Shown piece after piece: positions 1 to 13,236 of a DNA stretch of 64,000 nucleotides. How positions within the stretch are numbered: position 1 is the first letter of the stretch; every line of letters begins with the position of its first letter. The position numbers were made by a program, and so were the translations under genes. The notes beneath the pieces were generated by a model, which was given only the letters and a program-made list of their open reading frames with translations, was not told the origin of the DNA and searched no databases. Source of the DNA: Lingula anatina (taxonomy: Eukaryota > Animalia > Brachiopoda); contig CM120641.1 of NCBI GenBank assembly GCA_051362555.1, forward strand, positions 7,564,001 through 7,628,000, written 5' to 3'.

Positions 1-1118
1 AAGCCCCGATGAGACAAATTCTTTGTCGAGTGTTTCTGTAATGATTCCAACGCCATCTCCATCTAATCTCCAACAGAAACAAGGATCTGCAACATCTAAA
101 AATTCAAGGTATATGTTTCTCCCCTTTTTCTTTTTATACTTTTTTATTACTTAAAAAAAGGAAACTGAATAATGGTGTGATAAGTTAATATTTTTACATT
201 ATGGTACATGTATATCGATGAAAACAGCGTTTTTTTATTTTTGATAATAACATAAATACTGATATATTCTGATTTTTGATATTGCACATTATTATGAAAG
301 GTTATACCTATATATTTTAAAAGCAAGTTAAAGGGGTAACAACTGTTCATTTTGGGGAAAAAACGGATTTTCCTAGGTTAAAGGACGATCTTCCAATCCT
401 TATAAATGGTTAACATTCAAACATTCAGATATATTGCATTTTTTATTCTAAAATCTCTGGGTTTGGGTTTCTTAATAGATATTAGGGGGTAGATGGGCCA
501 TCTATGAAGGTCCACATGATCTGATGGCAACCACAGATTCCAGAATGATTGCAATAACTGCAGTTTTGGTGGTATATATTGGAATTTATAATATTTCTAT
601 GAGTTGTTTACAGTGCTTTTATTGTGAAATATTTATCTCATACTAACAGTTGTTATCCCTTCAAGAATTCATATTTTGTCTTATAAAGGTCGGGAGCTGC
701 AGCTCCAACTCCATCTGTCGTGGGCAACGGTCACGATAGTCAAGATTCAGGACTTGGGAGTAGACCTACCACGGCCTGCCGTACTCGGAAAACATCAAGT
801 GACTTCGTTATGCCTCAACCTTACAAAACTGGTACAAAGCCTTACAGACATCGTAGCCGTGAACAAGCAGTCTCTGTACATGTATATGAACACAATACAG
901 CCAGGTCAGACGAAGGAGAGAAGTCCCCCAAAGTTCCGTCTGCAGGCAAGAGGACCAGACCAACTGCGGCACACCATCGTCGCCGCAGGAAGACTACTGC
1001 AGAACACAAGCTAGTAGGGAAAACCCAAAATACATCTCAACTTGACCAAAACGTTTGGGATAAATATTCAGAATTTAATGAGAACAGTTACGAGTATGAG
1101 TCAGATTTTGAGGACTAA
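1..1118 (+). CDS. 3' end of an unidentified gene (last two coding exons: <1-108 and 689-1118), Ser/Thr/Pro-rich disordered C-terminus ending YEYESDFED*
   Basis: Frame open from 2 to a GT donor at 109 (phase 2). AG acceptor at 687-688 after a pyrimidine tract restores the frame of the 720-1118 ORF, which ends at TAA 1116-1118. No recognisable domain. Confidence 0.6.
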
Positions 1119-1367
1119 TTAAAAGTTTTGCAGTGGCAATTTTCAATACAATACGATATAACGCCCTAGGTAATGAACTGAAAAAAATGCCAATTAGCAA
1201 CAACAACGGGGTCAATCTGTTCAAGAGCATTGAGTGACATAATGTCTGTGCAAGGCACAAGATGTTACCCATAACAGCTTGTTGTTTTCTGCAAATTTAT
1301 CGACTAGTTCATCCTCTTTTTTAATACAAATTAACACAATGTATATCTATAGCAAATTCTTGTAATG

Positions 1368-1403
<36 letters not shown>

Positions 1404-1932
1404 TATGAAGAGAAGGTAGGCCTACAACTTGAACCGACTTTAACAAAGGAGACAATTGCAGTGGTTCAAGTTGTCATTATAGATTTTATCTAGAAATTAA
1501 ATATGTAAATATTGTAAATATTTAAATATATGTAAATAATTTTGTTATATGTAAATATTGTAAAAAGTACAAATATAATTCTTTCAAATGTCAATGTAAA
1601 TGCTACTGGAAAAAAATAACATCTTCTTCCAGTAGCATGTTATACTTGCACAGTCTTGTAGTATAGTGTAATATAGTATATCTGGGTCAGAAATCTTGAA
1701 CTTCTTTTTCAGTGAATTTGTTGATTTGTAGCTAAGCATGTTCAAAGGTTTATAAAGAATAATTAAAACGCATGTTTGTGAAAGTATTTATTGATAGTAT
1801 AGTGATAGTCGAAAGGGCTCGTATAACTGTCAAAGTTCTTCTCAATATACAGATGCTCTTGTTGTCGGGCAAAGCAGCCAGTTTTCTTCTCTGTCGCAAT
1901 CGTCACAATGTTGTCCATTTTAACCAGCACAA

Positions 1933-1947
1933 CCAATAGACTTCCGG
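1933..1947 (+). promoter_or_regulatory. CCAAT box plus ETS-type ACTTCCGG motif just upstream of the SEC11 start codon
   Basis: CCAAT at 1933-1937 and ACTTCCGG at 1940-1947, in a CpG-containing patch 20-35 bp before the ATG at 1968. Typical housekeeping-promoter motifs. Confidence 0.4.
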
Positions 1948-1967
1948 TTTTAGAGCCCGCAAGCAAG

Positions 1968-3352
1968 ATGGGGATGTTGGACAGCTTGGATTTTCTCGAC
2001 GATGTACGGCGCATGAATAAGCGCCAGGTGAGTTTCATTAAAAGAAATGCGACTTATTTTTGATAAACTTTCATTTTAGCCACCATGTTTAGTCATTCAA
2101 TATTGATTGTACCAAAATTTGATATCCATCTGCCTATGCCGGTTACTTGGCTCAGTGTTGTGTTAGTTCGTTGTTACACGTGTACTTATTTTGTGGATGT
2201 GGAGTGTTTTGTTTTTACCAAGTCCTACATGTCTCAATGTCCTAATGCATTATCGCTTTTGGACAGTTTTCCGTTTTCGTATACATTTTCCTTTTTGCAC
2301 CATGGTTACATTCTTCTAGGATTAGGATTCAGTGATCTGCACGTCTGCTCACCAGTACTAGTAGCAGTAACAGCTGCAGCTGGTGGGCAGACTTTTGAAT
2401 TTAGAATTAAATGGCAAAACAGCATGAACAGCAGTACCATGAAATTTCGTAGGCTACCATACATATTTACTTTTTCTGTCATGTACTAATGTTATATAAG
2501 CACGGATTTTCATGTTAGCGCTCCTATGTACTAGTACTGTGTTTGTGTTTTCTGACATGTACTATATGTGCTAATATATGAAAGATATGTGAACATATTT
2601 AAAATGACAGTGAGCTAGTGTGTCCACAGCAATACAAGGGCCCCAAATCTTTTGCTTACATGTTCCACACACCTCCTCAAGTTGCATGCTCATTAAAAGC
2701 TGAACAGTCTTGCCACTGTCAGTGCTATGAATAAGGTAAATCTCATGAACTGATAGCCAGTTATGCCACTGTAAATTATGCACCCATAAAATGCCATTTA
2801 TGGATTTCTGAATGTGCGAAGTAGGTCACATCTTGGTGAAGGATTTTGCTCATGCAGAAACAAACTCTGAAGGAGAGTGGGGGATCCCTCATCACTGTTT
2901 TCACTACCATCATTTATATGGCCTAGGTTTGTATTTTACTAATCACCCAGCATCCTACTGTAGTATACTGAATTTGCTTCATGATGGCGACTATAGCAAA
3001 TTTATTTATAATTGTTCTCACTTTTTTGTTTTTGATTTCCAGCTTTATTACCAAGTGCTAAACTTTGCCATGATAGTGTCTTCAGCTTTGATGATCTGGA
3101 AAGGTTTGATGGTTGTCACAGGGAGTGAGAGCCCTATAGTGGTAGTATTGAGGTAATAGACCAGGGATTAAGGGTGGGAATTTCTGTTTTACTATATACT
3201 TTAGATCTTTGTATTTTGTGGAATGAAAAATCAAGAGGATAAGGTTACCAGATTTTATAGTAAGTACAGTATTAACGTTAAAATGGAGATTTTAGTTTAG
3301 GTCTTAGAAGAGAAAATGTTTTTATTCTTCATTAGAATTCTCTCTTCCCATC

Positions 3353-3402
<50 letters not shown>

Positions 3403-6400
3403 ATAAAGGGGGCTTCCTGAAAGGGCTAAAAGTACTCACTCAAATCATTATCTATTTAGCATGATGTATTGTGAAAGAAAATATTTGAAGTTTCTTGAAT
3501 TCTATGAGTTTAATTTGAATAATTTATGTAGAAATATATGTTTATTGTTTATATGTACACAGTACTTGTAACTATGACTAAAATCACTGAGAAGTGATAC
3601 TCAGCAATTTTTTAAATTTTGAATGGAAGGTCTCTTAGATTGGGAAACACATCTATTTCTCTGTTGATTGTTTAAAGAATATCATAGAAACATTGTGAAA
3701 TTTATTTTTTTCAGTGGCAGCATGGAACCAGCATTCTACAGAGGAGATCTTCTCTTTCTCACCAACAATAGAGATGAGCCCATCCGTGTTGGAGAAATTG
3801 TTGTATTCAAAGTAGAAGGCCGAGAAATCCCCATAGTACATAGAGTATTAAAAGTGCATGAAAAGTGAGTATGTCACAAAAGTAAAATTAAATAAAAAGC
3901 AAAAATTAAACAAAAATTGCACTTCATATATCAAATTCCATGAATAAAGTGGGAATTTACTGCACAATTTTATTTGACTCTCTCACCATCCAGGAGTAAC
4001 ACTTTTCATCTTCATTTGACATATTGCTGTACAGTAGTTGTGCTTTCCCCAAAATATTTGTCAACCATTGTTCAGATTTTGGTAAAATAATTGGGGGAAA
4101 AGGTACATAGATAAAAGAAATTAATGTTAACAATTAATCTCTGGTGGAATTTGTTCAAGATAAAAATTTGTTTTGTAAAAATTATTTTTATTTGGATTTT
4201 ATGTAAAGATGATTTTTATGAAAAGAAGGAATAAATATGTGCACAATCAAGATAGGCATACACCTGAAAGTAGCCTTTCTGGATATAACTTACCATTGGA
4301 TTCTTACTCGTGTCATCCACGTCCCTTGTATCTGTCCTTTAAACCAATATAAAAGAAGGATTACATGTGGAATTGAACCTAACAGCTAAATGTTTGTTAC
4401 TATAAGAAAACCAAAGAAATGCATGTCCCTTAATTTCTTGCTAACAAGTGTATCAGGCTATCATCCATCAATATCTTGTTGTCTTTACAGAGAGGATGGA
4501 ACAGTTAAATTTTTAACAAAAGGTGACAATAATTCAGTAGATGACAGAGGACTGTATGCCCCTGGACAGTTATGGCTTCACAAGAAAGATGTTGTTGGAA
4601 GAGCTAGAGGGTAGGTATACTTGCAGCTGGTTGAGAGGTTTCAGATTGCTATAGATGTGCATGATTGTGACAAAGTTAAAGTATTTCAAAACGTGCCATA
4701 CGGTAATGTGCCAAGCATTTCGACCGGCCCAGTCAATCCGACCAAAAAAATTATATTATAAAATTAATTTTTCTGGGCTCAAACATTTAGTCCATACGTC
4801 AAAATCAGGCGACAGAATTTTTTTCTTGTTCCGATTGTTCGACCACATCGTCGGCAAGACTCGGTAAATTTTCAAGCCAGTCATATAGATGCTGCATGCC
4901 GGGCCCTTTGTCCTTTCAATAGCTCTCGTCAATGAGGAAGAAACTATTAATTGAAGATCTAATCTGGAAGCATGACTTACCTGTCATTTTCTTTGTCCCC
5001 AATGACAAAATAGTGTTATAGACATACAATTTGTGCTAATTAAGCAGACTTGCCCTCGCTGACTGATTCATCACGCCCGTAACTGGGGAAGGGGAGGGGT
5101 TAAAAAAGGTCCATTCTTGATGAAACCAAATATCGACAGTGGGTAGAATACGTCGTAAACACCTTCATATAGACCATATATAGCGTTTGCTAGCAATAAA
5201 AACTTTGGGAAGAATAAGCAATTTATTTTCAAGTTTGATTGAAATATATATGCAGATGGGGAAACGTTCTTGAAGTCAACACCGCAAGATCTTACATTTA
5301 CTACAATCGACGGGATCAGCGGGATTGACCACCCAGACTTCTTGGCGCCAAATACCACGCGCTGTCAAAATCTGACGAACACGTGTAGCTGTTCACCTAC
5401 ATGGATAACTGATTTGTCAACAATAAAAATGACGTCTTCCTTAACTCCATGAGAGCTTCATAGAGAGTTCCACTGGATATTTACGTTACCTGTGAGTCAC
5501 TTTTTATTTCCCCAGATGCATGAAATGTTGATGATATTTAGCGTAATCCACGAATAACTCCATTCCTGTGACCCCCCTCCCCCAAAATGGGACCGTCTTC
5601 ATTAACACGTGGTTTGCGCTATGCTAGACCAGACCAGATAAGACCAGTCTCATTTCTGCATGTGCTCAATGATTCTCGCGTCAAATTATAAATGCACTTG
5701 TTTTGTGAAAATTATGGCAATTAAATGCTTATTTTACGTTCGGGTTGTATCAGTGGGGTTTTCAATATGCACCGTGGTTTGTGCACAGCGAGAGTATATA
5801 ATTAAGAAAATCGGAAGAGTGCCAGCAAGATAGGCCTACTGTATGTCTATCGGCACAGGTAGGCTCCGTATTTTGCCTTTTCTCAATATGTTTTAATATG
5901 ACATGCTTTTTAAATAAAATACTTATAAGTAATTTGAAGTTACACTGAATTCCGTTTGAGTACCAGTTGGTATTCTTTGATACGGGTGATTGAATTTTCT
6001 TCGGAAGTACGTCTACGCCTCGACGCTGAGCAAGCCTTGCGGGTTGAAAACAACTTATCTCAGACTGGTAAAAAATTTCAATTCGGTTGATTTCAGTTGT
6101 CATATTAAAATTCAAATAAGGCATACGTAGAGCACATAACTAGTTTAAGTCTACTAAAGCTACCGGTTTCAAATATAAGTGACCGGCCTTTGTTTACAAC
6201 ACCTGTCTCTGGGGAAATACTCGTCCCACTCGTGAAGCGCATCATGAAAATGATCGTAGGTGAGGGAAATATATAATTAGAAATTATAATTGTCATTTTT
6301 TATAATGTTAAGTCATGTTAGCACATATTGTACACAGCAAAATAAAATTTTAAAAGGAGGATAAAACAAGCCTGAAACACCTGTTAGTTGAAAATTGCGG

Positions 6401-9400
6401 CTTATCTTGCGTAACACTTCCGGTAAAATGCAATACTTCCGGAAAGATGGACATTTTGGCAGATGCCCCTAACAATCCGACGATATCAAAGGTTTCCATT
6501 TGCTGTATTTTAATCAATTCGACCAAACTGACATTTCCATGAAATTAATTAATTAATCTTGGTCGAATTGTTTGGCATATTACCGTATTCTATTTATTTC
6601 TGTATGAACAAAATGTTAAACTAAATAAAATTTGAAGAATTAGTGAGGTCAGTTTAAGGAATGGCTGGATACATGAAAAACCATTTGCTTTTTACAAAAA
6701 ATAAATAAACGTAAAAACTCTTGTAATATCATTTAAAATAATTTAGTCAGCTTATATTTATATGTAAAAAAACATCAGAAATCATATCTGTCCTTTTGTT
6801 CAGTCAAAAACCTGTTTTTGCAGTGTAGCTGACAAAAATAGAAAACTTTGGGCCTTAAGCTGTTGTTATTTGCAGATGAATGTTGAAAAAGATAATATCC
6901 CCTTTCTTCCACAAACCCAAATCTACAAGTAAATGCCAATTTTAAAAGCTTGCTGCATCTCTTAATGATTTCTTGAATAACTCTGAAATTACTCATCAGA
7001 ATTGTGTAATAGGTGTTTATGCAAATTTACCTTAAAGTTACATGAGTGTTTAATATATATTAAACACTCATGTAACTTTAAGGTAAATTATGTGTTGTTG
7101 TCTCAGAGAAATCAAAATTGTCCTCAAAGGTATGCAAGTTGAATTCAAGTGTCAGTGAAATGCTTATGAGGACACGTTTCATTTGCGGTGAACCAAACCA
7201 GGTATTAAGTTGACTTGGGGTCAAACCCAGTAGTGAATAGGCACAGACTGCTCCAGACCTTCTTTTCTTACCATATTTCTGAAATGAAACACCTTAAGAA
7301 ATATATTTGTATGTGTGCGTCTGTAATTTTTCTCCCTGAGGGGTATATAAAAAAGCAGTGGGGACAGGTATTGAAAAACAGGTTCAAGTTGAAAGTTTCT
7401 TATTGCTCAGTTATTTTTACCTGGTGAACAAGGAAGGAACTTTCTTTCACAATGCAGGTACATGACAAATAGCTCTCACTTTTTTATGTCATTGTGCATG
7501 CAATTTGAAAAAAATTTGAACAGCTACAAGATTTTTTTTTGATAAATTAGATTTTTGCTATATTTTTTTTAGGAAAAGCAGAAAATTCAGATTTTTTTCA
7601 TACATGCATAAATGGGCACAGATAATAAAAGATTTGTAAATTGATACAAACTTTTCTTTTTGAATAGATCATGATGTTCTTATATTTGCCCATTGTTTAT
7701 ATTGTCAGGTCATGCTAGTTGTTTTTAATTGGTGGGAATTGAAGCACAATTTTCTAACAATTTTTTGCTTCACTAACTTGTTTTCTTTGTCAGGCCATGT
7801 AAGGTTCTAATAAAAGTCCTGTCATTGTCCTTTTATTTCATCTTCATAGGATGTTGAATATGTATTTTAACTTTCAGTTCTGTGTGATCTGAAAGGCTCA
7901 CAGTGGCTTAGTAGCAAATGCTGTTAAATATTTGGTAGTAATAATAATCACCTTAGTATCAAGAGGTTTTCAGTAGATGGATAGATGGGGTTTAACAGAA
8001 TTTTAACAACCTTTTTTGTTTAAGCTCTGGCCCCATTATAATTGTCATGATCAAATGTTTGATCAATAGCAGAGCATCAGTGCACAGTTGCACTCCACTC
8101 ACTCAGGTGGACCAATGCTGGGTTGGCAACCATCTTATTTCTGAATAGAGATTCTCAGAATCATTTTTTATTTTTCTTCTTGCAAATGTATTTTCATAAT
8201 GTTTAAAGACCATACCAGTCTGTTCTTTTCACTTCACCATGTGGAATTTCTACATGGTCAGTCCCATTTCTTTACAAGCATAATGAGATCAGCAATTTCC
8301 ATGTCAGTCAGCCAATAAATGTCAACTTCTATAAATATATGTTGGTAAACTGCTCACAATCATTTTATCAGTTTCTTTGAGCTTCATTAAATAATTGCAT
8401 GTTAATTTGTCATTTTTTTATACTAAATTGCAAGTTTGTGTGATTGAGAGAGTGTGTATGTTCATTTTTGCAGGTTTTCACAGGAAAATTATAAAGGTGC
8501 ATATATTGCTGTAATGCACATTTCGAGTTTTTATTTTTACGGAATCAGCCTTTTTCTGTATTTTTTTTATTACCGCACATTGATATCATTTTTAAGCATG
8601 ACATGGATTTTTTTCAACAAGTTAATACAAGGTACATCACATGGTGGAATACTATTACATACATTCACGTTGTATTAGATATATGCAGCCTGTCTTAAAC
8701 TGAACTTAATGGTATCTTAAATTTCGCTGGTATTTCCTTTCTTGTAGATATCTCCCTTTTATAGGCATAGTTACTATTCTAATGAATGACTACCCTAAGC
8801 TGAAGGTGGGTAACTGTTGATCATTTTTCAGCTGACATGTTCATTCATTTTCTGTTCTCGATGTTCTTAATATTATGTGTTTTCTGCTTTGTTGTTTTTA
8901 GATTTTTACCTTATGTTGGGTATGCAACAATTCTTATGAATGACCATCCACAAGTGAAGGTATGTTTATGTGCTTGAGACTTTGGAAAATAAAAATAATG
9001 CATGTGCACTAAAGATTATGTAAACCTGTTGATCACATTAATGAATTAACATTTATACTTGTTTTTGATTATTTACAAAAAGAAGTTGAATTAATTATTT
9101 GTAATACAGGATTTTTTGTTAGTTATTTGTGCCAATTGTATTATTGGCTGATTTATTTAGATTTTTACTTGTGTATTTATTTATAATAAAAAAGGTGTTT
9201 ACTACATATGTGGCATGTGAGATTGCACATGACAAAGTTTCATGGATTACTCTGTTTTTGTTTGTAAGATATGTAAAAGTTCAATGTGCTACCTTTTGGA
9301 CTTCCTTTATCTACTTTGAAGTTTTCCCTCTTTCTTTATCATAATTTAATTGCAACATTGGGTGTCTGATTCCCCATGACTTCTACTTTTCTTTTGTGAA

Positions 9401-9909
9401 ACAGGCTTTTGAAATGTTTTGCTACTTGGGATAGGGCATCCTCCCTTTTTCTTGATTCATTGAAAAATACATAGGGGTGTTGATTTAGGTCTTGATCCCC
9501 ACCCGTGTTAAGTTCTTATAGGCCAAATGACAGTGAACCATGTAATGTTGCAAGTGCACTTCTGCCTGAGTGATAATTTATTTTGGCAAAACTGATCTTG
9601 TTACAGCCAGTTAATACCATGTGCTATTTTAATCTGAAAGCTGTTGACGAAAAGAGATTTTTGCACATAGTGTACATTTCAGAGAAAAAAGGTGTAAAAG
9701 CACTATTTGTACCTTTTGAACTTCTGTGATTTGTAGCTTGTTTAGTTAATTAAGGTATTTACATACAGACACAAAGTGCATTGATTTTGTAGTGTTAAAT
9801 GAATTGATTACATCTGAAAACAAATAATGATTTCTTTATTTTTTACATTATTTTTCAGTATGCAATATTGGCATGTCTTGGACTGTTTGTGCTGATACAC
9901 AGAGAATGA
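1968..9909 (+). CDS. SEC11: Signal peptidase complex catalytic subunit SEC11 (182 aa); exons 1968-2027, 3043-3152, 3715-3864, 4491-4610, [8748-8805 or 8902-8959], 9859-9909
   Basis: Spliced translation [68 protein letters not shown]...IPIVHRV.../...[16 protein letters not shown]...VGRARG/.../[16 protein letters not shown] matches SEC11A/C, including the catalytic Ser (SGSMEP), His (IVHRV) and KGDNN motifs. All introns are GT-AG with matching phases. Confidence 0.97.
3356..3400. repeat. (TG)n microsatellite
   Basis: Pure TG run in SEC11 intron 2. Confidence 0.95.
4701..6585. mobile_element. Non-autonomous TA-flanked TIR DNA transposon (Tc1/mariner-pogo-like), copy 1, about 1.9 kb
   Basis: TA|CGGTAATGTGCCAAGCATTTCGACC ... 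GGTCGAATTGTTTGGCATATTACCG|TA, an imperfect 25-bp TIR. A highly similar second copy starts at 60588. No transposase ORF seen. Confidence 0.85.
7024..7089. repeat. Perfect 66-bp spacerless palindrome in SEC11 intron 4
   Basis: aatttaccttaaagttacatgagtgtttaatatatattaaacactcatgtaactttaaggtaaatt equals its own reverse complement. Confidence 0.95.
8748..8805 (+). CDS. SEC11: SEC11 alternative exon 5a (G)[19 protein letters not shown]
   Basis: 58 nt, AG/GT bounded, phase 2 in and phase 0 out; homologous to vertebrate [19 protein letters not shown]. Confidence 0.9.
8902..8959 (+). CDS. SEC11: SEC11 alternative exon 5b (G)[19 protein letters not shown]
   Basis: 58 nt, AG/GT bounded, same phases as 5a, stop-free and paralogous to 5a. 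Including both exons shifts the frame. Confidence 0.85.
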
Positions 9910-10479
9910 CATCCATCTTTAAACAACTTGGAATTGGAGGTCAGGAGCAGAGAGATTATTCATTTCATACAAATTTTTGTACAAAATTAAAAGGATAGAA
10001 ATTTTAAAGGGCACGCGGCAAGCAGTATCACTGGATACTATAAAGGAGTTGATAGATTGTTGTGAATGGAAACTGTCAGAGGATGAAGGAAAGAACGTAA
10101 AGTACTCTGAGGTTGAGGAAACAGATTAAGCTGTGGGGACCTTGCCTCGACCTTAGTTGATCCTTAATGTTTGTACACAAACAGAAAACTATCCAAAAGA
10201 CCAAAAGGTCCTACGTGCCACTTTAGTGCAGCACAGATTTCGCGCCACTTCATACAATATTACACTTTGATAAATTGCAATTAATCAAATGTATCAACTT
10301 TTCACATTGTACCCAAGCATTCCTTATCGGATTTAGAAAAGGTAATCGTTTTAAAAATTGAATAAGGGCAAGATAAATAGCCTCTTTATTTTGCTGTAGT
10401 ACAAAGGCTTGAAATTTAACTTCGAGCAGCTGAAAGATTGAGAAGTGAACTTCTAGATTATGTTTATTTATGTCAACTT

Positions 10480-10485
10480 AATAAA
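10480..10485 (+). terminator. Candidate polyadenylation signal of SEC11
   Basis: AATAAA about 570 nt after the stop, followed by GT/T-rich sequence (gcgttgtttttgtag). Confidence 0.45.
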
Positions 10486-12268
10486 ACTTTTTAGTAAGGT
10501 AAAGCGTTGTTTTTGTAGTATAATTCAATTATATCGAATTGCAAGGTCTTGCAAGGCTTTACAAGGTGACTTTGTTTGCTAACGTAGTAGATTTGTTACA
10601 CAGGTGGTGCTTGATTCCGTGTCGTGATGAAAACGGATTGGTAAGCAGCCAAGAGCAGCGCGTTTTTGCACGTGCGCCCACACGCAAGCACACAGACACG
10701 GCATTGATTAAAATTATAACTGAGCAAGGTCTGAAATGAAATAAACGAAAGAAAAAGGCTGTGTGCTCCGAATTTTAAATTATGGAGGTGGTGACCTTTA
10801 ATTTGCAAACTTAATTAGAAAGTGAAATTAAGCTTCAGTTTCAGACCCCAGATAGTGATTTTCCCTAACATTTACTAGAACCTCACCTGAGTTAACCCAT
10901 GGTTTTATTTTTCAAATCTTGGGAGCAAAAAATGGGAAGATGGAATCGCATGCTTGGTGTGATGATTGCATTGATACAGAACAGCATAATTTTGACCATG
11001 GTAGTATAACAATTGTGTGGTACTTGATATCGTATCATAACCTAAGGTATTACAGTAATCTTTCAATAGGCTATCGTAAAACGAGTAGTTATTGCAAGGA
11101 CATTCTTGGCTAAGGACTTCATGGCCGATTATATGATACGCAATGGTGATATTTTTCATCATCAAGATACTGAGGGCAATAAACCTATGTATTACAGCGC
11201 ATAAATAAAATGATTGAAATTATGGAGAAATGTCCCCGTTAATAAAATAGCACGATGTTACTAATACACTACATGTTCATTTAAGTATACAGATCGTGAT
11301 GATTTTATCACAAATGGACTCTATGAATGGTTTAATCAACAGAACTAATACCCATTGTAGATTATCGTTATAATGTTGAATTTAGGAAGTAAATTATCTT
11401 TGACTCAAACTTAAAAAATTAAGCGGTTTACCTATATCCTAGTTTGAATAAGGAAAGTCGAGCGGGTGACAGTTCTTTAAAATCCTTTCAACATACGTGC
11501 TATTTCTCACTTTTTCGTCTTCATCTGTCCGGACAATTGTCAAATAATTCGTAGAAAAGTGGCGATAAATTAACCATGCCTTAATGACAGAAAACCGATA
11601 TGACTAAACGATCGAAAATGATTTTGAAAGAAATATTATCAACCTCACAACTGGCACGGAGTTCTAATCTCGAAAAACCTGAATTGTGATTGCTTTCACA
11701 TCTTTGCTAACCATACCGTTCTCCTTCTTCACGAGGAGATAAAAGTACCATCCAACTTGAATGTCCTATTTTAAAAGGCGAACATAATTTGAGCCTGTTG
11801 CAAATATTGGCTATGTGTTATCTCTTCGTTATCTGGATTCTCCTTTTCTTGTTGGACGTCTTCAATTTGTTATTCAGCTTATGCGCCATGCCAATATTTA
11901 CCAAGCTGTCGAGATACTCTGTACCCTGGTGAAGAGCTGTTTATAACCCATGATTAAACATTTAAAAGTCTCGTAAAATTTTAATGGCTATACAAGTATA
12001 AATTTTTTTTGTTACATTTTGGGTGACTTGTTAAATGGAGGTTACGAAAGGAAAGGTTTAATTCCTGGATGATGATGAGGTCACATTGTTGTTCTTTATC
12101 ACCCTCTCGTCCCTCAAGTTGTGTATTCTTATCACGTCAGTCTATTGGATAGGTAACTGGTCCCGTATTATTGGAGGGCGTCAAAAGCGTACTGATACCA
12201 CCAACACCGGCACGCGGGACGGGCCACTGCCACGGAACACGTACAAAGAAAAGTTTCTTTGGGTGGCC

Positions 12269-12593
12269 ATGGCGAGGGATAAGTTCGAATTTCATGACCC
12301 CGGCACAATTGGTTCCTCTGAGAGTTTTCTGTTCAACGGATCGAGGAAATCGAAAGGATGCCACGTCAGTGTCGTTTCTGGGATTATTCTGGTGTTTCTG
12401 GCCATTGCCATCACGGTAGGGGTTGGGTTGATAGTGCATTTCGCTGGCGATAGAGTAGTGTGTAACTGTGGCACAGGAACTGACGGAAATGGAGGGGATA
12501 ATGACAGACAAATAGGAGTAACATCGAAAACGTCACCGCCCCCTATTACAGAAACAACGTTAGATCCAGATACGAAGCAATGTATCGCAAACT
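12269..12593 (+). CDS. ANPEP: APN-like gene exon 1: cytoplasmic tail, signal-anchor TM helix ([27 protein letters not shown]) and Cys/Thr-containing stalk
   Basis: GCCATGG Kozak ATG at 12269, basic residues before a hydrophobic helix, and a phase-1 GTAAG donor at 12594 that joins in frame to the acceptor at 20768 (…[14 protein letters not shown]…). Confidence 0.85.
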
Positions 12594-13194
12594 GTAAGCA
12601 AAATTTACTTTTTAAAAACCATTTATCTTTGATGAATAAAAGTAAGATATTGATAATGTAAGAAGTCGATGGGAGGTTTAGGTAGTAGAGGGAAAAATTA
12701 TGATTTTGTGTCTCGATTTCTCGCTTTCGCATATCTGCGCAGTTGTAGGAAAGTTCGATCTAGATAATATTATCCATGTTTGTTTAAGCATACCTTATTG
12801 GTACTCTCTGACCATAGGGGCCACTAGTTGTCTGTAAAAGAATTATTGTATCGGTCCGCACTTTAATTCTGTAGAATATTTTGGAGGCCCCTGATAGTAG
12901 CCGGTCCCCAATTGGGCCGTGTCGTAAGATTCCAGGATGTGCCCCGTGTAATTGAATTATTGCTGCTAAAAATTCGATTTGTAAAACTAAGATGTGGCTG
13001 TACTGGTGTAGTCTTCCGACTCCCGAAAACATTGAATCTACGTCTTTTATTTGAATTAGTGTTAGACGGTGTATCGGCTGCCTTGCGAATCCAGCCTGGT
13101 GTCCTGGATGATAGCCGGTTTATATACCGAGAATTTGTTCTTAGGCCAAGACAACGTCAGTATTTGCAGTTTAGCTATCTATGTATAGCAGCCA

Positions 13195-13236
<42 letters not shown>

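Noticed and set aside
4655-6296. Short ORFs shared with 60362-61345 that look like a conserved gene
   Set aside because: They are shared only because both lie in copies of one non-autonomous transposon; no transposase motifs, and indels differ between the copies.
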